A stretch of DNA of 64,000 nt from Mustelus asterias (Eukaryota): NCBI RefSeq assembly GCF_964213995.1, contig NC_135808.1:50468001-50532000 (forward strand). Reading direction: 5' to 3'. Positions 49,320 to 62,346 of this stretch are shown piece by piece. Under the pieces are notes generated by a model. It ran no database searches, was not told where the DNA came from, and was given only the letters and a program-made list of their open reading frames with translations. Position 1 is the stretch's first letter. Each line of letters opens with the position of its first letter. Position numbers and translations under genes: made by a program.

Positions 49320-52300
49320 ACAGCCTTAACCATCTCACTTGGCAGTGCATTCCAGGCCACTACCACCCTCTGTGTAAAAAAACTTCCCCTGCACATCTCT
49401 ACTGAACCTTTCCCCCCTGACCCTGAACTTGTGCCCCTTGTAATTGTCATTTCTACCCTGGGAAAAAGCTTCCAACTCTTCACCTTATCTATGCCCCTCA
49501 TTATTGTATAAACTTCTATCAGGTCCCCCTCAACCTCCATCTTTCCTGGGAGAACAGTCCCAGTTTATTCAATCTCACCTCAAAGCTAATGCCCTCCGTA
49601 CCAGGCAACATACTGGTAAACCTTGTCTGTCCTCCCTCGAAAGCCACCACGTTCTTCTAGTAGTGTGGCGACCAGAATTGAACACAGTATTCCCAATGTG
49701 ACCTAACCAACGTTTTCTATAACTGGAACATAATTTGCCAACTTTTATCCTTGATGCTCCAGGCGATGAAGGCAAGCACGTCATATGCTTTCTTCATCAG
49801 ATTTCCACCTGTGCTGCCACTTTTAAGGATCTGTGGACCTGTCCTCCCAGATCTCTGTTTGTCTCTGCTCCTGATGGTTCTGCCATTTATTTTATAGCTC
49901 CCACCTGAATTGCATCTACCAAAATGCATCATCTTGCATTTGGCTGGATTAAATTCTACCTGTCAATTCTCCACCCAATTTTCCAGCCTATCTGTATCCT
50001 GCTGTATTCTCTGACAATCTTCATCACTATCCGCAACTCCAGCAATCTTAATATCATCTGCAAACTTTTTAATCAGACCAACTATATTTTCTTCCAAGTC
50101 ACTTGTATATATTACAAACAATAGAAGTCCCAGCACTAATCCCTGTTCAAGACCACCAGTAAGAGTTTTAACAACACCAGGTTAACACCAGTTACAGACT
50201 GCTTCTTGAAAGCATACAACGTTTTGGCCTCAACTGCTTTCTGTGGTAGCAAATTCCACAGGCTGACCACGCTCTGGGTGAAGAAATTTCTCCTCATCTC
50301 TGTCCTAAACACTCCGTCCTTAATCCACAGGCTGTAAGCCCTGGTTCTAGACACCCCCAACATCGGTTATATCCTTCCTTACCAATCTCATATCATCTGG
50401 TTCACCCAGGGCTGGGAACTTGAGTGTGCATTTCTCCAAGTTTAGTTCCTTCAATGTTTTGTTTGCTCTCAGAGCTTCCCCTCTCTCCTGGCCTGCTTCA
50501 TCATGTACTCTGCTCCAACACCTCACAACTGGCATCAGGTCTGGTCTGAGTACACAACCAGGTCAACTGTCCAATCAAACTTCTCCAAGGATCCGTTTCT
50601 TCCTTGGACACTGGATTCTCTTTTTGTGAGGATCTGACCCGATTTATTGGATGGGATTAACATTTCCCAAATGATTGTCGGTTCAATGTCACACCTGACT
50701 TCTTTTGCTTCATGTTTTAACCGATGTGTTTAAAAGCTCCTGAAGCCTGGCTTCCAACCTGGAATTCCTTCTTGATTTCATTGATCATCCATTGATCAAA
50801 TTCAACAAAACCTCCCCACAGAAAATCACCCACATTGATGATAAAGATTCCTGCTGCTCTCTCCTTGTGACACCAATTGAACAATGAACGGCTTAGATAG
50901 GATGGACGTAGGGAAGTTGTTTCCATTAACAGGGGAGACTAGGACGCGGGGGCACAGCCTTAGAATAAAAGGGAGTCACTTTAGAACAGAGATGAGGAGA
51001 AATTTCTTCAGCCAGAGAGTGGTGGGTCTGTGGAATTCATTGCCACAGAGGGCTGTGGAGGCCGAGACGTTGAGCGTCTTCAAGACAGAAACTGATAAAT
51101 TCTTGATTTCTCGAGGAATTAAGGGCTATGGGGAGAGAGCGGGTAAATGGAGTTGAAATCAACCATGATTGAATGGTGGAGTGGACTCGATGGGCCGAAT
51201 GGCCGTACTTCCGCTCCTATGTCTTATGGTCTAACATCGCAGAGTCTGCTTTTATCTGGAAACAACCCATTTTCAACAGGGCCAACCTCAGAGAGAAATA
51301 CCAAGAACAAAGAAAATTACATCACAGGACCAGGCCCTTCGGCCCTCCAAGCCTGCACCGACCATGCCGCCCGACTTAACTAAAACCCCTCCCCTTCCAG
51401 GGACCATATCCCTCTATTCCCATCCTATTCATGTACTTGTCAAGACGCCCCTTAAAAGTCACTACCATATCCGCTTCCACTCCCTCCCCCGGCAACGAGT
51501 TCCAGGCACCCACTACTCTCTGTGTAATAAATCTGCCTTGTACATCTCCTTTAAACCTTGCCCCTCGCACTTTAAGCCTATGCCCCCGAGTATTTTACTC
51601 TTTTACCCTGGGAAAAACCTTCTGAATATCAACTCTGTCCATGCCTCTCATAATCTTGTAGACTTCTATCAGGTCTCCCCTCAACCTCCGTCGCTCCACT
51701 GAGAACAAACCAAGTTTCTCCAACCTCTCCTCATAGCTAATGCCCTTCATACCAGGCAACATCCTGGTAAATCTTTTCTGTACCCTCTCCAAAGCCTCCA
51801 CATCCTTCTGGTAGTGTGGCAACCAGAATTAAACATGAAATTCCAAGTGCGACCTCACTAAGGTTCTATAAAGCTGCAACATGACTTGCCAATTTTTAAA
51901 CTCAATGCCCCAGCCGATGAAGGCCAGCATGCCGTATGCCTTCTTGATTACCTTCTCCACCTGCATTGCCACTTTCAGTGACCTGTGTACCTGTACACCC
52001 AGATCCCTTTGCCTATCAATACTCTTCAGGGTTCTGCCATTTACTGTATATTTCCTATCTGTATTGGACCTTCCAAAATGCATTACCTCACATTTGTCCG
52101 GATTAAACTCCAACTGCCATTTCATATTCATAATGCGGACAACACAAAGGTTGGTGGATTTGCGGATAGTTCATAATCCCCTATTCATAATACATCATTC
52201 AATCCATAAACACCTGTTTAATTTCACAATTTTCTTTCTAGTTCACAGGCTTCTTTAGATGCTTCAAAATATTTCCCTTTGAAATTTCTCACCCCACAAA

Positions 52301-53960
52301 AATGCCACATTTATATCTTAGAATCCCTACAGTGCAGAAAGAGGCCATTCAGCCCATTGAGTCTGCACTGACTCTCCGAAAGAGCATCTTATCCAGGCCC
52401 ACCCCTCTAACCCTATCCCCATAACCCCATACATTTACTATGGCTAATCGACCAAACCTGCACATCTTTGGACACCAAGGGCAATTTAGCATGACCAATC
52501 CACCAAACCTGCATATTTTCGGACTGTGGGAGGAAACCAGAGCATCCGGGGGAAATCCACGCAGACATGGGAAGAACGTGCAAACTTCGCACAGAGGGTG
52601 ACCCAAGACCGGAATGGAACCCAGGTCCCTGGCGCTGTGAGGCACCAGTGCAAACCAATGTCCCACAGTCCCATATCAATCTGCACTTCCAGGAGTATGT
52701 CACTAAAGTGGCGAAAAATATCTTCAAGCTTACTTTCCCGACAGGTGGGGATTCCACCCTGAGAACTTGTTCCCCAAGTCTCTCCTCAAATTCCCGAGTT
52801 CCCAGTCTAGCTTTAGCCTTTCAAGTGCTGTTAGGGAGAGATGTTTCTGTACATATCCACTGTGAGTCAAGTCTGACTGTCTCCTATCTGATATTTTAGT
52901 GGAAACTTCAAATTTTCTCCAACTCTTTTTGTTTTGCTTCTTTTATCAACTTATCTTTCAATTGATTAGCGTCTATTGATACCTTTCCACACGGAAGGCT
53001 TCTGCTTCTAGTGACAATCTACCTTGTCCCACAGTTCCTTTTCTTATCATGCTCTGACCTCTACTCTTCCCCTCTCTCTATCTGGCACATATAGGCAATT
53101 CTGTGGATGCGAAAGAGACTCCAGGATGGTATGTTGCCTCCCTGGTGCCAGGGTCCAGGATATCTTTGAATGGGCAGGGAGCATTCTGAAGGAGGAGGCT
53201 GAACAACCAGAGGTCGTGGTACATATTGTAACTGACGACATAGGTAGTGACATAGTCACTATGACTATGGGTCAAATCATCTTTCCCACATGTGATCAGA
53301 TTCCTGATTCCAAGTTCATGATCTTTTCCTGGGATCACGACCTCTTTCTGTTTCAGAACTTACAGTGAGCTTCCTGGTCTTTCCCATCCTGGCCTTATTT
53401 CCCAATCCACTGCCCGGATTTAGAACAAAGAACAAAAGAAAATTACAGCACAGGAACAGACTCTTCGGCCCTCCAAGCCTGCACCGACCATGCTGCCGTC
53501 TGAACTAAAACCCCCTCCCCTTCTTGGGACCATATCCCTCTATTCACATTCTATTCATGTATTTGTCAAGACCCTTAAAAGTCACTATCGTATCTGCTTC
53601 CACTCCATCCCCCAGTAGCGATTTCCAGGCACCCACCACCCTCTGTTTAAAAAAGTTGCCTCGTACATCTCCTTTAAACCTTGCACCTTGCACCTTAAAC
53701 CTATGCCCCCGAGTAATTGACACTTCCACCCTGGGAAAAAGCTTCTGACTAATCATTCTGGCCATGCCCCTCACAATCTTGTAGACGTCTATCAGGTCGC
53801 CCTCAACCTCTGTCGTTCCAATGAGAACAAACCACGGTTCTCCAATCCAAGCTCTAAGTTCATCTGCCTTACCCATTACACTTCTCGCATTGAAACAAAT
53901 GCTCTTCAGTTCACCAGACCCTCTTTGATCAGCAACCCCACCTTGCCTCCTCTTTCACTG
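49320..53960. mobile_element. Cluster of CR1 fragments plus an HE1-like SINE (52320-52660, minus)
   Basis: RT C-terminal motifs and SINE V-domain. Confidence 0.8.
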
Positions 53961-54212
53961 AGTCTTACTGGCCCGACTCTCTCATTCCCCTTCGGTCAAT
54001 TCACCTTTGCTTTAGTAGCACCCACCCCCCCCCACCCCCCCTCCCCCGCCCACCCCCCCTCCCGCGTGGCACTCGCAAACCTACCGGCCAGAATATTTAC
54101 ACCCCTCCAGTTTAGACGCAACCCGTCCTTCTTTTACTGGTCCCACCTGTCCTGGAAGAGATCCCAATGGTCCAGATATCTGAAACTCTCCCTCCTACAC
54201 CAGCTGTTCAGC

Positions 54213-55925
54213 TGCGTGGAGCCTGAAGAGATAGGAGAGGCGCTAAATGAATATTTTTCATCAGTATTCACGCAGGAAAAAGACAATGTTGTCGAGGAGA
54301 ATACTGAGATACAGGCTGTTGGACTGGACGGGATTGAGGTTAATAAGGAGGAGGTGTTAGCAATTCTGGAAAGTGTGAAAATAGATAAGTCCCCTGCGCC
54401 GGATGGGATTTATCCCAGGATTCTCTGGGAGGCTCGGGAGGAGATTGCAGAGCCTTTGGCTTTGATCTTTATGTCGTCATTGTCAACAGGAATAGTGCCA
54501 GAAGACTGGAGGATAGCAAATGTTTTCCCCTTGTTCAAGAAGGGGAGTAGAGACAAACCTGGTAATTATAGATAAGTGCCTTACTTCTGTTGTGGGCAAA
54601 GTTTTGGAAAGGATTATAAGAGATAGGATTTATAATTATCTAGAAAGGAATAATTTGATTAGGGATAGTCAGCACGGTTTTGTGAAGGATAGGTCGTGCC
54701 TCACAAACCTTGTTGAGTTCTTTGAGAAGGTGACCAAAGAGGTGGATGAGGGTAAAGCAGTTGATGTGGTGTATATGGATTTCAGTAAAGCATTTGATAA
54801 GGTTCCCCACGGTAAGCTATTGCAGAAGATACGGAGGCATGGGATTGAGGGTGATTTAGCGGTTTGGATCAGGAATTGGCTAGCTGTAAGAAGACGGAGG
54901 GTGGTGGTTGATGGAAAATGTTCATCCTGGAGTTCAGTTACTAGTGGTGTACCGCAAGGATCTGTTTTGGGGCCACTGCTGTTTGTCATTTTTATAAATG
55001 ACCTGGATGAGGGATGGGTTAGTAAATTTGTGGACGACACTAAAGTTGGTGGAGTTGTGGACAGTGCGGAAGGTTGTTGCAGGTTACAGAGGGACATAGA
55101 TAAGCTGCAGTGCTGTGCTGAGAGGTGGCAAATGGAGTTCAATGCGGAAAAGTGTGAGGTGATTCACTTTGAAAGGAGTAACAGGATTACAGAGTACTGG
55201 GCTAATGGTAAGATACTTGGTAGTGTGGATGAACAGAGAGATCTGGGTGTCCATGTGCATAGATCCCTGAAAGTTGGCACGCAGGTTGATAGGGTTGTTA
55301 AGAAGGCGTACGGAGTGTTAGCTTTTATTGGTAGAGGGATTGAGTTTCAGAGCCAGGAGGTCATGTTGCAGTTGTACAAAACTCTAGTGCGGCCGCACTT
55401 GGAGTATTGCGTACAGTTCTGGTCACCGCATTATAGGAAGGATGTGGAAGCATTGGAAAGGATGCAGAGGAGATTTACGAGGATGTTGCCTGGTATGGTG
55501 GGAAGGTCTTATGAGGAAAGGCTGAAGGACTAGAGGTTGTTCTCGTTAGAGAGAAGAAGGTTAAGAGGTGACTTAATAGAGGCATACAAGATGATCAGAG
55601 GATTAGATAGGGTGGATAGTGAGAGCCTTTTTCCTCGGATGGTGATGGCTAGCATGAGGGGACATAGCTTTAAATTGAGGGGTGATAGATATAGGACAGA
55701 TGTCAGAGGTAGGTTCTTTACTCAGAGAGTAGTAAGGGCATGGAATGCCCTGCCTGCAGCAGTAGTGGACTTGCCAACATTAAGGGCATTTAAATGGTCA
55801 TTGGATAAACATATGGATGATATTGGAATAGTGTAGGTTAGATGGGCTTTAGATTGGTTTCATTGGTCGGCGCAACATCGAGGGCCGAAGGGCCTGTACT
55901 GCGCTGTAATGTTCTATGTGCTATG
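54213..55925 (+). mobile_element. CR1 LINE ORF2 (RT) 3' 1.7 kb, with frameshift and stop
   Basis: KSPAPDGIYPRIL, QHGF..RSCLTNL, DFSKAFDKVPH, PQGSVLGP, FVDDTK. Confidence 0.93.
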
Positions 55926-55929
55926 TTCT

Positions 55930-56660
55930 ACGTGTTGAGCTGTACTATCTTCCTATTTCTAGCTTCACTGGCACATGGCACAGGGAGTAATCCTGAGATT
56001 ACAACCCTCGGGACCCTGCTTTTTAACTTTCTACCTAACTCCCTAAACTGCTGCTGCAGGACCTCATCACTCTTTCTACTTATGTCGTTAGTACCAATAT
56101 GTACCATGACCTCTGGTTGTTCAGCCTCTCCCTTCAGAATGCTCTCTGCCCGTTCAAAGATATCCTGACCCTGGCACCAGGGAGGCAACATACCATCCTG
56201 GAGTCTCTTTTACGTCCACAGAATTGCCTATCCGTACCCCTAACTATAGCGTCCCCGATAACTATTGCTCTCGTGCTCTTTATCCCTCCCTGCTTAGCAA
56301 CAGAGCCAGCCATGGTGCCACTGCTCTGGCTGCTGCTGCTGTTATCCCTGATAGGCCATCCCCCCAACAATGTCCAAAATGGTAGACTTGTTAGAGAGGG
56401 GATCGACCACAGGGAATTCCTGCACTGAATGCCTGCCCCTTCTAGCGGTCACCCATCTATCTGCCTGCACCTTGGGTGTCACCACATCATTAAAACTCCT
56501 GCCTATGATGCTTTCCGCCATCTTCATGCTCCTAAGTGCATCCAACTGCTGCTCCAACCTATCCATGTGGTCTGTGAGGAGCTGCAATTGGGTGCACTTC
56601 CTGCAGATGTAGTCATCCGAGACGCTGGAAGCCTCTCGGATCTCCCACATCTCCCAAGTG
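55930..56660 (-). mobile_element. CR1 ORF1 remnant (Zn-finger plus SGNH-esterase-like)
   Basis: YICRKC; IVIGDAIVRGTDRQFCG..RDSRMVCCLPGARV; VHIGTNDI. Confidence 0.8.
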
Positions 56661-57195
56661 CCAGCATTTGACCGACATTTCTATCACCAATTAAATTATT
56701 GAAGAAAATTTATTCAACTCTGACCTTCACTTCTCACATGAGGTTGGTCTTCATATCACTTACTTTCCCAGGATACTCTCTGGATTTCTCCCTGCAGAAT
56801 AAGAGTTACGAAGCAAGAAGAAAGAAAACAAAACAAAAAGGGAAAACAGCATCTCCTCCCACTCTGCACTGAATTACCGCACTGTTCCAAATGGCCAAGT
56901 TTCAATCCCACTCTGGCTGCCTCAGTCACGCTGTCTCCCATTTCAAGTGCGCAAAGCTCAGATTTCCGGACCTTCCCTTTTTAATTCATTTTTACAGGAT
57001 GTGGGGATCGCTGGCTTGGCCAACATTTATTACCCATCCCTATTTGCCCGTGAGCTGCCTTCTTGAACCGCTGCAGTCCATGAGTTGTAGGTATATCCGC
57101 AATGCTGTTAGGGAGGGAGTTTGAGGATTTTGACCCAGTGACAGTGAAGAAACGGCGATATATTTCCAAGTCAGGATGGTGAATGAGTTGGTTGG

Positions 57196-57523
57196 TGTGG
57201 TGAACCATCTTTGGTTCCCACTAGATAGTACTGAGCCAGGGTCTGGCCAGTACTACAAGTATGTATATATGTTGCTGTTGGGGTTAGGGATGGGTTGTTC
57301 TACTTGTTGCTGTTGGAGTTAGGGTTGGGCTGTTACACCTTGTATTATAGTTATTGTGGTACATCCCAGTCGGGCTCCGCCTCCTGGGAGAGGTATAAAG
57401 GTCTCTGCTCTGTCTGGGACCCCTCAGTCTGGGATCGTGTATATAATTAGTAGCTGCCTTGTTACAGCAAATAAAAGCCTTTATTTCCTGAGCATCAAGC
57501 CTCGTGTGTGTTAACGCGCATCA
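57196..57523 (+). repeat. 5' LTR
   Basis: tgtggtgaacc...gcgcatca; 5 differences from the 3' LTR. Confidence 0.95.
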
Positions 57524-60500
57524 ATTTTATTTGCTGTAAATAAACTCTCGTCGAAGAAAAAAAAAGAGAGTATGGAGCAGATACTGAAGCCTGAACGCCT
57601 TACACTAGATCCACGTGCGGTGGGCGCCTCTAACACCTTCGACCACTGTTTGAAATGTTTTGAGGACTACCTGGCAGCCTCCGCAGCGGTCACCACAGAT
57701 GATGACAGACTCCGGGTCCTCCATGCGAGGGTAAGCGACACCGTCTACCTCGCGATCCGTGCGGCCACCGACTACACAAAGGCCCTCGAGCTTCTTAAGA
57801 AGCATTATATTAAACCGTCCAACGAAATACACGCTCGTTACCTCTTCGCCACTCGACGACGGTAGTCTGGCGAAACGATGGAGGAATACGCGAACGAGCT
57901 CCTACAGCTAGCCAGGGTCTGTAACTGCAAAGCAGTGTCGGCAGAGCAGAATATGAACGACCTCGCTCGAGATGCGTTTGTGGCGGGAGTCGGATCATCG
58001 TACATCCGACTCAAACTACTGGAGAAAGGTAACCTTGACCTTACCCAGGCAATCGAGCTAGCGGAGATGCTGGAGACGGCCTCCAAAAGCCTAGTACTGT
58101 ATCCTGAAGACCACGTGGAGACAACGTGGCAGGAGCAGTCGCCAATCCCTCCTCGTCCCTCGGGTTCGAAATGCTGCGTAATGGCGTGCTCACACTCGGG
58201 CCAGACGACGGCAGCAGCTCCGGGCGGCCCGCGGTGTTACTTCTGTGGGGGAGCGAAGCATACTCGGCAACGGTGTCCCGCTAAAGTTGTGTTGTGCTCC
58301 GCCTGCGGTAAGAAGGGGCACTATTCGAAAGCGTGCCGATCTAAATCTGCTTCTCGGAACAGCAGTGCGGCCTGCGATTCCTCAGAGCCCGGTTCTTCGT
58401 CGTCGACATCGTCGAGGGTTTCGTCCACGTGCGAGGCCAGGACGACGCCATTACAGTCGACGGAGTCGGAGATGTGTGACCACCAGGGGTCGCTGAGTTT
58501 GGCGCCATCACCCACGTGTGACCTATGGGAGCGGCCATGTTGGTCGGCACCGACCGCGAACGACCAGCAGGGGTCATCCTCGTCGATTTCAGCTGCCTGC
58601 AGTGGCGCTCATGAACCAACGGTGGCGTTGATCATCCTGGACCAGGCCAAGCCTCATAGACTTGACAAATCTATGATGGACATTCAGGTAAACGACCACT
58701 TGATTTATTGTCTGTTTGACAGCGGGAGCACTGAGAGTTTTATCCACCCAGACGCTGTGAAGCGGTGTGGACTCCGGATTCAACCTGTCAAACAGACAAT
58801 TTCTATGGCATCAAGGTCCCGGTCTGTCACCGTGCTAGGGAGTTGCGTGGTAACTTTAACGGTGCAAGGCACAGTTTACGAGCGTTTCAAGCTCCTGGTG
58901 TTGCCGCACCTTTGCGCGCCAATACTTCTCGGACTAAACTTCATGGTCCACCTGAGGAGTGTAACCCTACAGTACGGTGGGTCACTCCCTTCGCTTTCAG
59001 TGGGAGAACAGCAGCCTCCAAAGTGCCCTGTAGCCTCTCGACGCTGAAGATTACCACACCCTCCCTGTTCCAGAATCTTGTGCCAGGCTGCAAGCCCATT
59101 GCGACTAAGAGTAGGCGTTACAGCGCTGAGGCTCGGATCTTCATTCGATCTGAAGTTCAGCGGCTCCTCAAGGAAGGGATCATACAACCTAGCGCTAGTC
59201 CGTGGAGAGCGCAGGTCGTGGTGGTCAAGAGTGGGAACAAACCCCGGATGGTCATTGACTATAGTCAGACCATTAATAGATACACGCAGCTGGATGCGTA
59301 TCCCCTCCCGCGCATATCTGACATGGTCAATCAGATTGCGCAGTACCGGGTGTTCTCCACCATAGACCTCAAGTCTGCCTGCCACCAACTCCCCATTCGC
59401 CCAGAGGACCGACAATACACGGCTTTTGAGGCGGATGGTCGCTTGTATCACTTTCTCAGGGTTCCCATTGGTGTCACCAATGGGGTCTCGGTCTTCCAGC
59501 GTGCTATGGACCGAATGGTGGACCAGAACGGGCTGCGGGCTACCTTCCCGTACCTGGATAACGTCACCATCTGCGGCCATGACCAGCAGGACCACGGCAC
59601 AAATCTCCTGAATTTCCTATGCACTGCATCTCGCCTGAATCTGACCTACAACAGGGAGAAGTGTATGTTTCGTACGCGCCGTTTAGCCATCCTCGGATAC
59701 GTGGTGGAAAACGGGGTCATTGGCCCTGATCCAGACCGTATGCGTCCCCTCTCTGAACTTCCCCTGCCCACTAGTGCAAAAGCACTGAGAAGTTGCTTAG
59801 GCTTCTTCTCTTATTATGCACAGTGAGTTCCCAATTACGCGGACATAGCCCGTCCGCTCATCAAGTCCACTTCTTTTCCCCTAACACCAGAGGCCCGATT
59901 GGCCTTTGATAAATTAAAAGCCGACATCGCGAAAGCTACGATGCACGCTGTTGATGAGTCCATCCCCTTTCAGGTGGAGAGCAATGCATCTGATTTCGCC
60001 CTGGCCGCCACACTTAACCAGGCGGGCAGGCCCGTCGCCTTTTTTTCCCGCACCCTCCAAGGCCCCGAAATTCGGCACTCCGCGGTGGAAAAGGAGGCCC
60101 AGGCCATTGTGGAGGCCGTTAGGCACTGGCGCCATTACTTGGCGGGAAAACGGTTCACCCTGATCACGGACCAGCGGTCCGTGGCGTTCATGTTTAATAA
60201 CACGCTGAGGGGCAAGATCAGGAACGACAAGATCTTGCGGTGGAGAATTGAACTCTCCACCTATATCTATGACATCATGTATCGTCCAGGGAAACTCAAT
60301 GAGCCCTTGGATGCCCTCTCACGTGGAACATGCGCCAGTATACAGGAGGACCGTTTGCAGGCTCTCCATAATGACCTATGCCATCCTGGGGTCACTCGGC
60401 TCTACCACTTTATAAAAGGCCGCAATCTGCCCTACTCGGTGGAGGACATCAGGTCCGTAACAAGAAGCTGTCGGGTTTGCGCGGAATGCAAACCGCACTT

Positions 60501-61608
60501 TTACCGACCTGACCGGGCACAATTAGTCAAGGCCACTCGTCCCTTCGAGAGACTGAGTGTCGATTTTAAGGGCCCTCAACAGATCGAAATGTGTACTTCC
60601 TCAACATCATTGATGAGTACCCGAGGTTCCCTTTTGTTGTTCCCTGCTCTGATACATCCGCTGCCACGGTTATCAAGGCATTCCGTGATCTTTTTACCCT
60701 GTTCGGGTACCCCAGCTACATTCACAGCGACAGGGGCTCGTCGTTCATGAGCGATGACTTGAGGCAATACCTGCTCTCATACGGGATTGCCTCTAGTAGA
60801 ACCACGAGCTACAACCCTAGGGGTAACGGACAGGTGGAACGGGAGAATGCTACAGTCTGGAAGGCTGTCTTACTGGCGTTGAAGTCAAAAAGCCTTCCAG
60901 TCTCCCGTTGGCAAGAGGTGCTCCCTGATGCGCTCCATTCCATACGCTCACTCCTGTGTACGGCAACCAATGCTACTCCCCATGAGAGGATGTTTTCATT
61001 CCCTCGGAAGTCTTCCTCTGGGACCTCATTACCGTCTTGGTTGACGTACTCAGGACCTGTCCTCCTGCGGCGACATGTAAGGGCCCGCAAGTCCGACCCT
61101 TTGGTTGAACAGGTCCATCTCCTCCACGCCAACCCTCAGTATGCCTATGTGGCATACCCTGACGGGCGAGAGGACACGGTCTCGATCCGAGACCTGGCGC
61201 CAGCAGGGGACGTGGAAACCCCTGTCGCTCCCATACCCCCTGTTACAACCCCCATAACTCTTGTTTCCCCACCGGACACGGCGCGGGCAGCATCGGGACC
61301 ATTACTTAACCCTTTTACTCCCGTGTACAGCTTGCCTGAGTCCAGAGGACGGTCGCCACTTCAGGGCGTGTCGGAACTCCATGGATTACCATCAACTCAG
61401 GGTCAACCGGCCCGTGAGTCTGTGGAGGAACAGTTGGACGTCGCCTTGAGGAGAACGCCACTGCAAGTGCCTACTCCGGTGTCATCGCCGGTATTGAGGA
61501 GGTCGCAACAACGGTGCGGTCCCCCTGACCGTCTGAACTTATAGACTGATGACAAATTATTCTGTTTTTTTGTACCCCGCCGGCCTTTGTCTTCAAAGGA
61601 GGGGTGAA

Positions 61609-61936
61609 TGTGGTGAACCATCATTGGTTCCCACTAGATAGTACTGAGCCAGGGTCTGGCCAGTACTACAAGTATGTATATATGTTGCTGTTGGGGTTAG
61701 GGATGGGTTGTTCTACTTGTTGCTGTAGGGGTTAGGGTTGGGCTGTTACACCTTGCATTATAGTTATTGTGGTACATCCCAGTCGGGCTCCGCCTCCTGG
61801 GAGAGGTATAAAGGTCTCTGCTCTGTCTGGGACCCCTCAGTCTGGGATCGTGTATATAATTAGTAGCTGCCTTGTTACAGCAAATAAAAGCCTTTATTTC
61901 CTGAGCATCAAGCCTCGTGTGTGATAACGCGCATCA
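61609..61936 (+). repeat. 3' LTR
   Basis: Direct repeat of 57196-57523, preceded by the PPT. Confidence 0.95.
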
Positions 61937-62346
61937 GTGGGGAATCTCCAGGTGATGGTGTCCCAGGTGTCTGCTGCCCTTGTCCTTCTAGGTGGTAGTG
62001 CTTGTGTGTTTGGAAGGTGCTGTTGAAGGAGACTTGGTGAGTTCCTGCAGTGTATCTTGTAGATGGTACACACGGCTGTCACTGTTCATTGGTGGTGGAG
62101 GGTTTGTGGAAGGGGTAACAATCAAGCAGGCTGCTTTGTCCTGATGGTGTCTAGTTTCTTGAATGTTGTTGGAGCTGCATTCATCCAGGCAAGTGGAGAG
62201 TATTCCATCACACTTGTGTCTTGTAGATGGTGGACAGGCCTTGGGGGTCAGGAGGTGAGCGTCTCACTGCAGGATTCCTAGTCTCTGACCTGTTCTTGTA
62301 GCCACGGTTTTCCTATGGCTCACCCAGTTCAGTATCTGGTCAATGA

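Larger units (their letters stand above)
57196..61936 (+). mobile_element. Full-length Ty3/Gypsy LTR retrotransposon with disabled ORF
   Basis: Two 328-bp TG...CA LTRs; Gag CCHC knuckles, protease LFDSGS, RT YLDN, RNase H, integrase; PPT aaaggaggggtgaa. Stops at 57863 and 59824, frameshifts near 59040 and 60580. Inserted in an older LINE. Confidence 0.96.
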
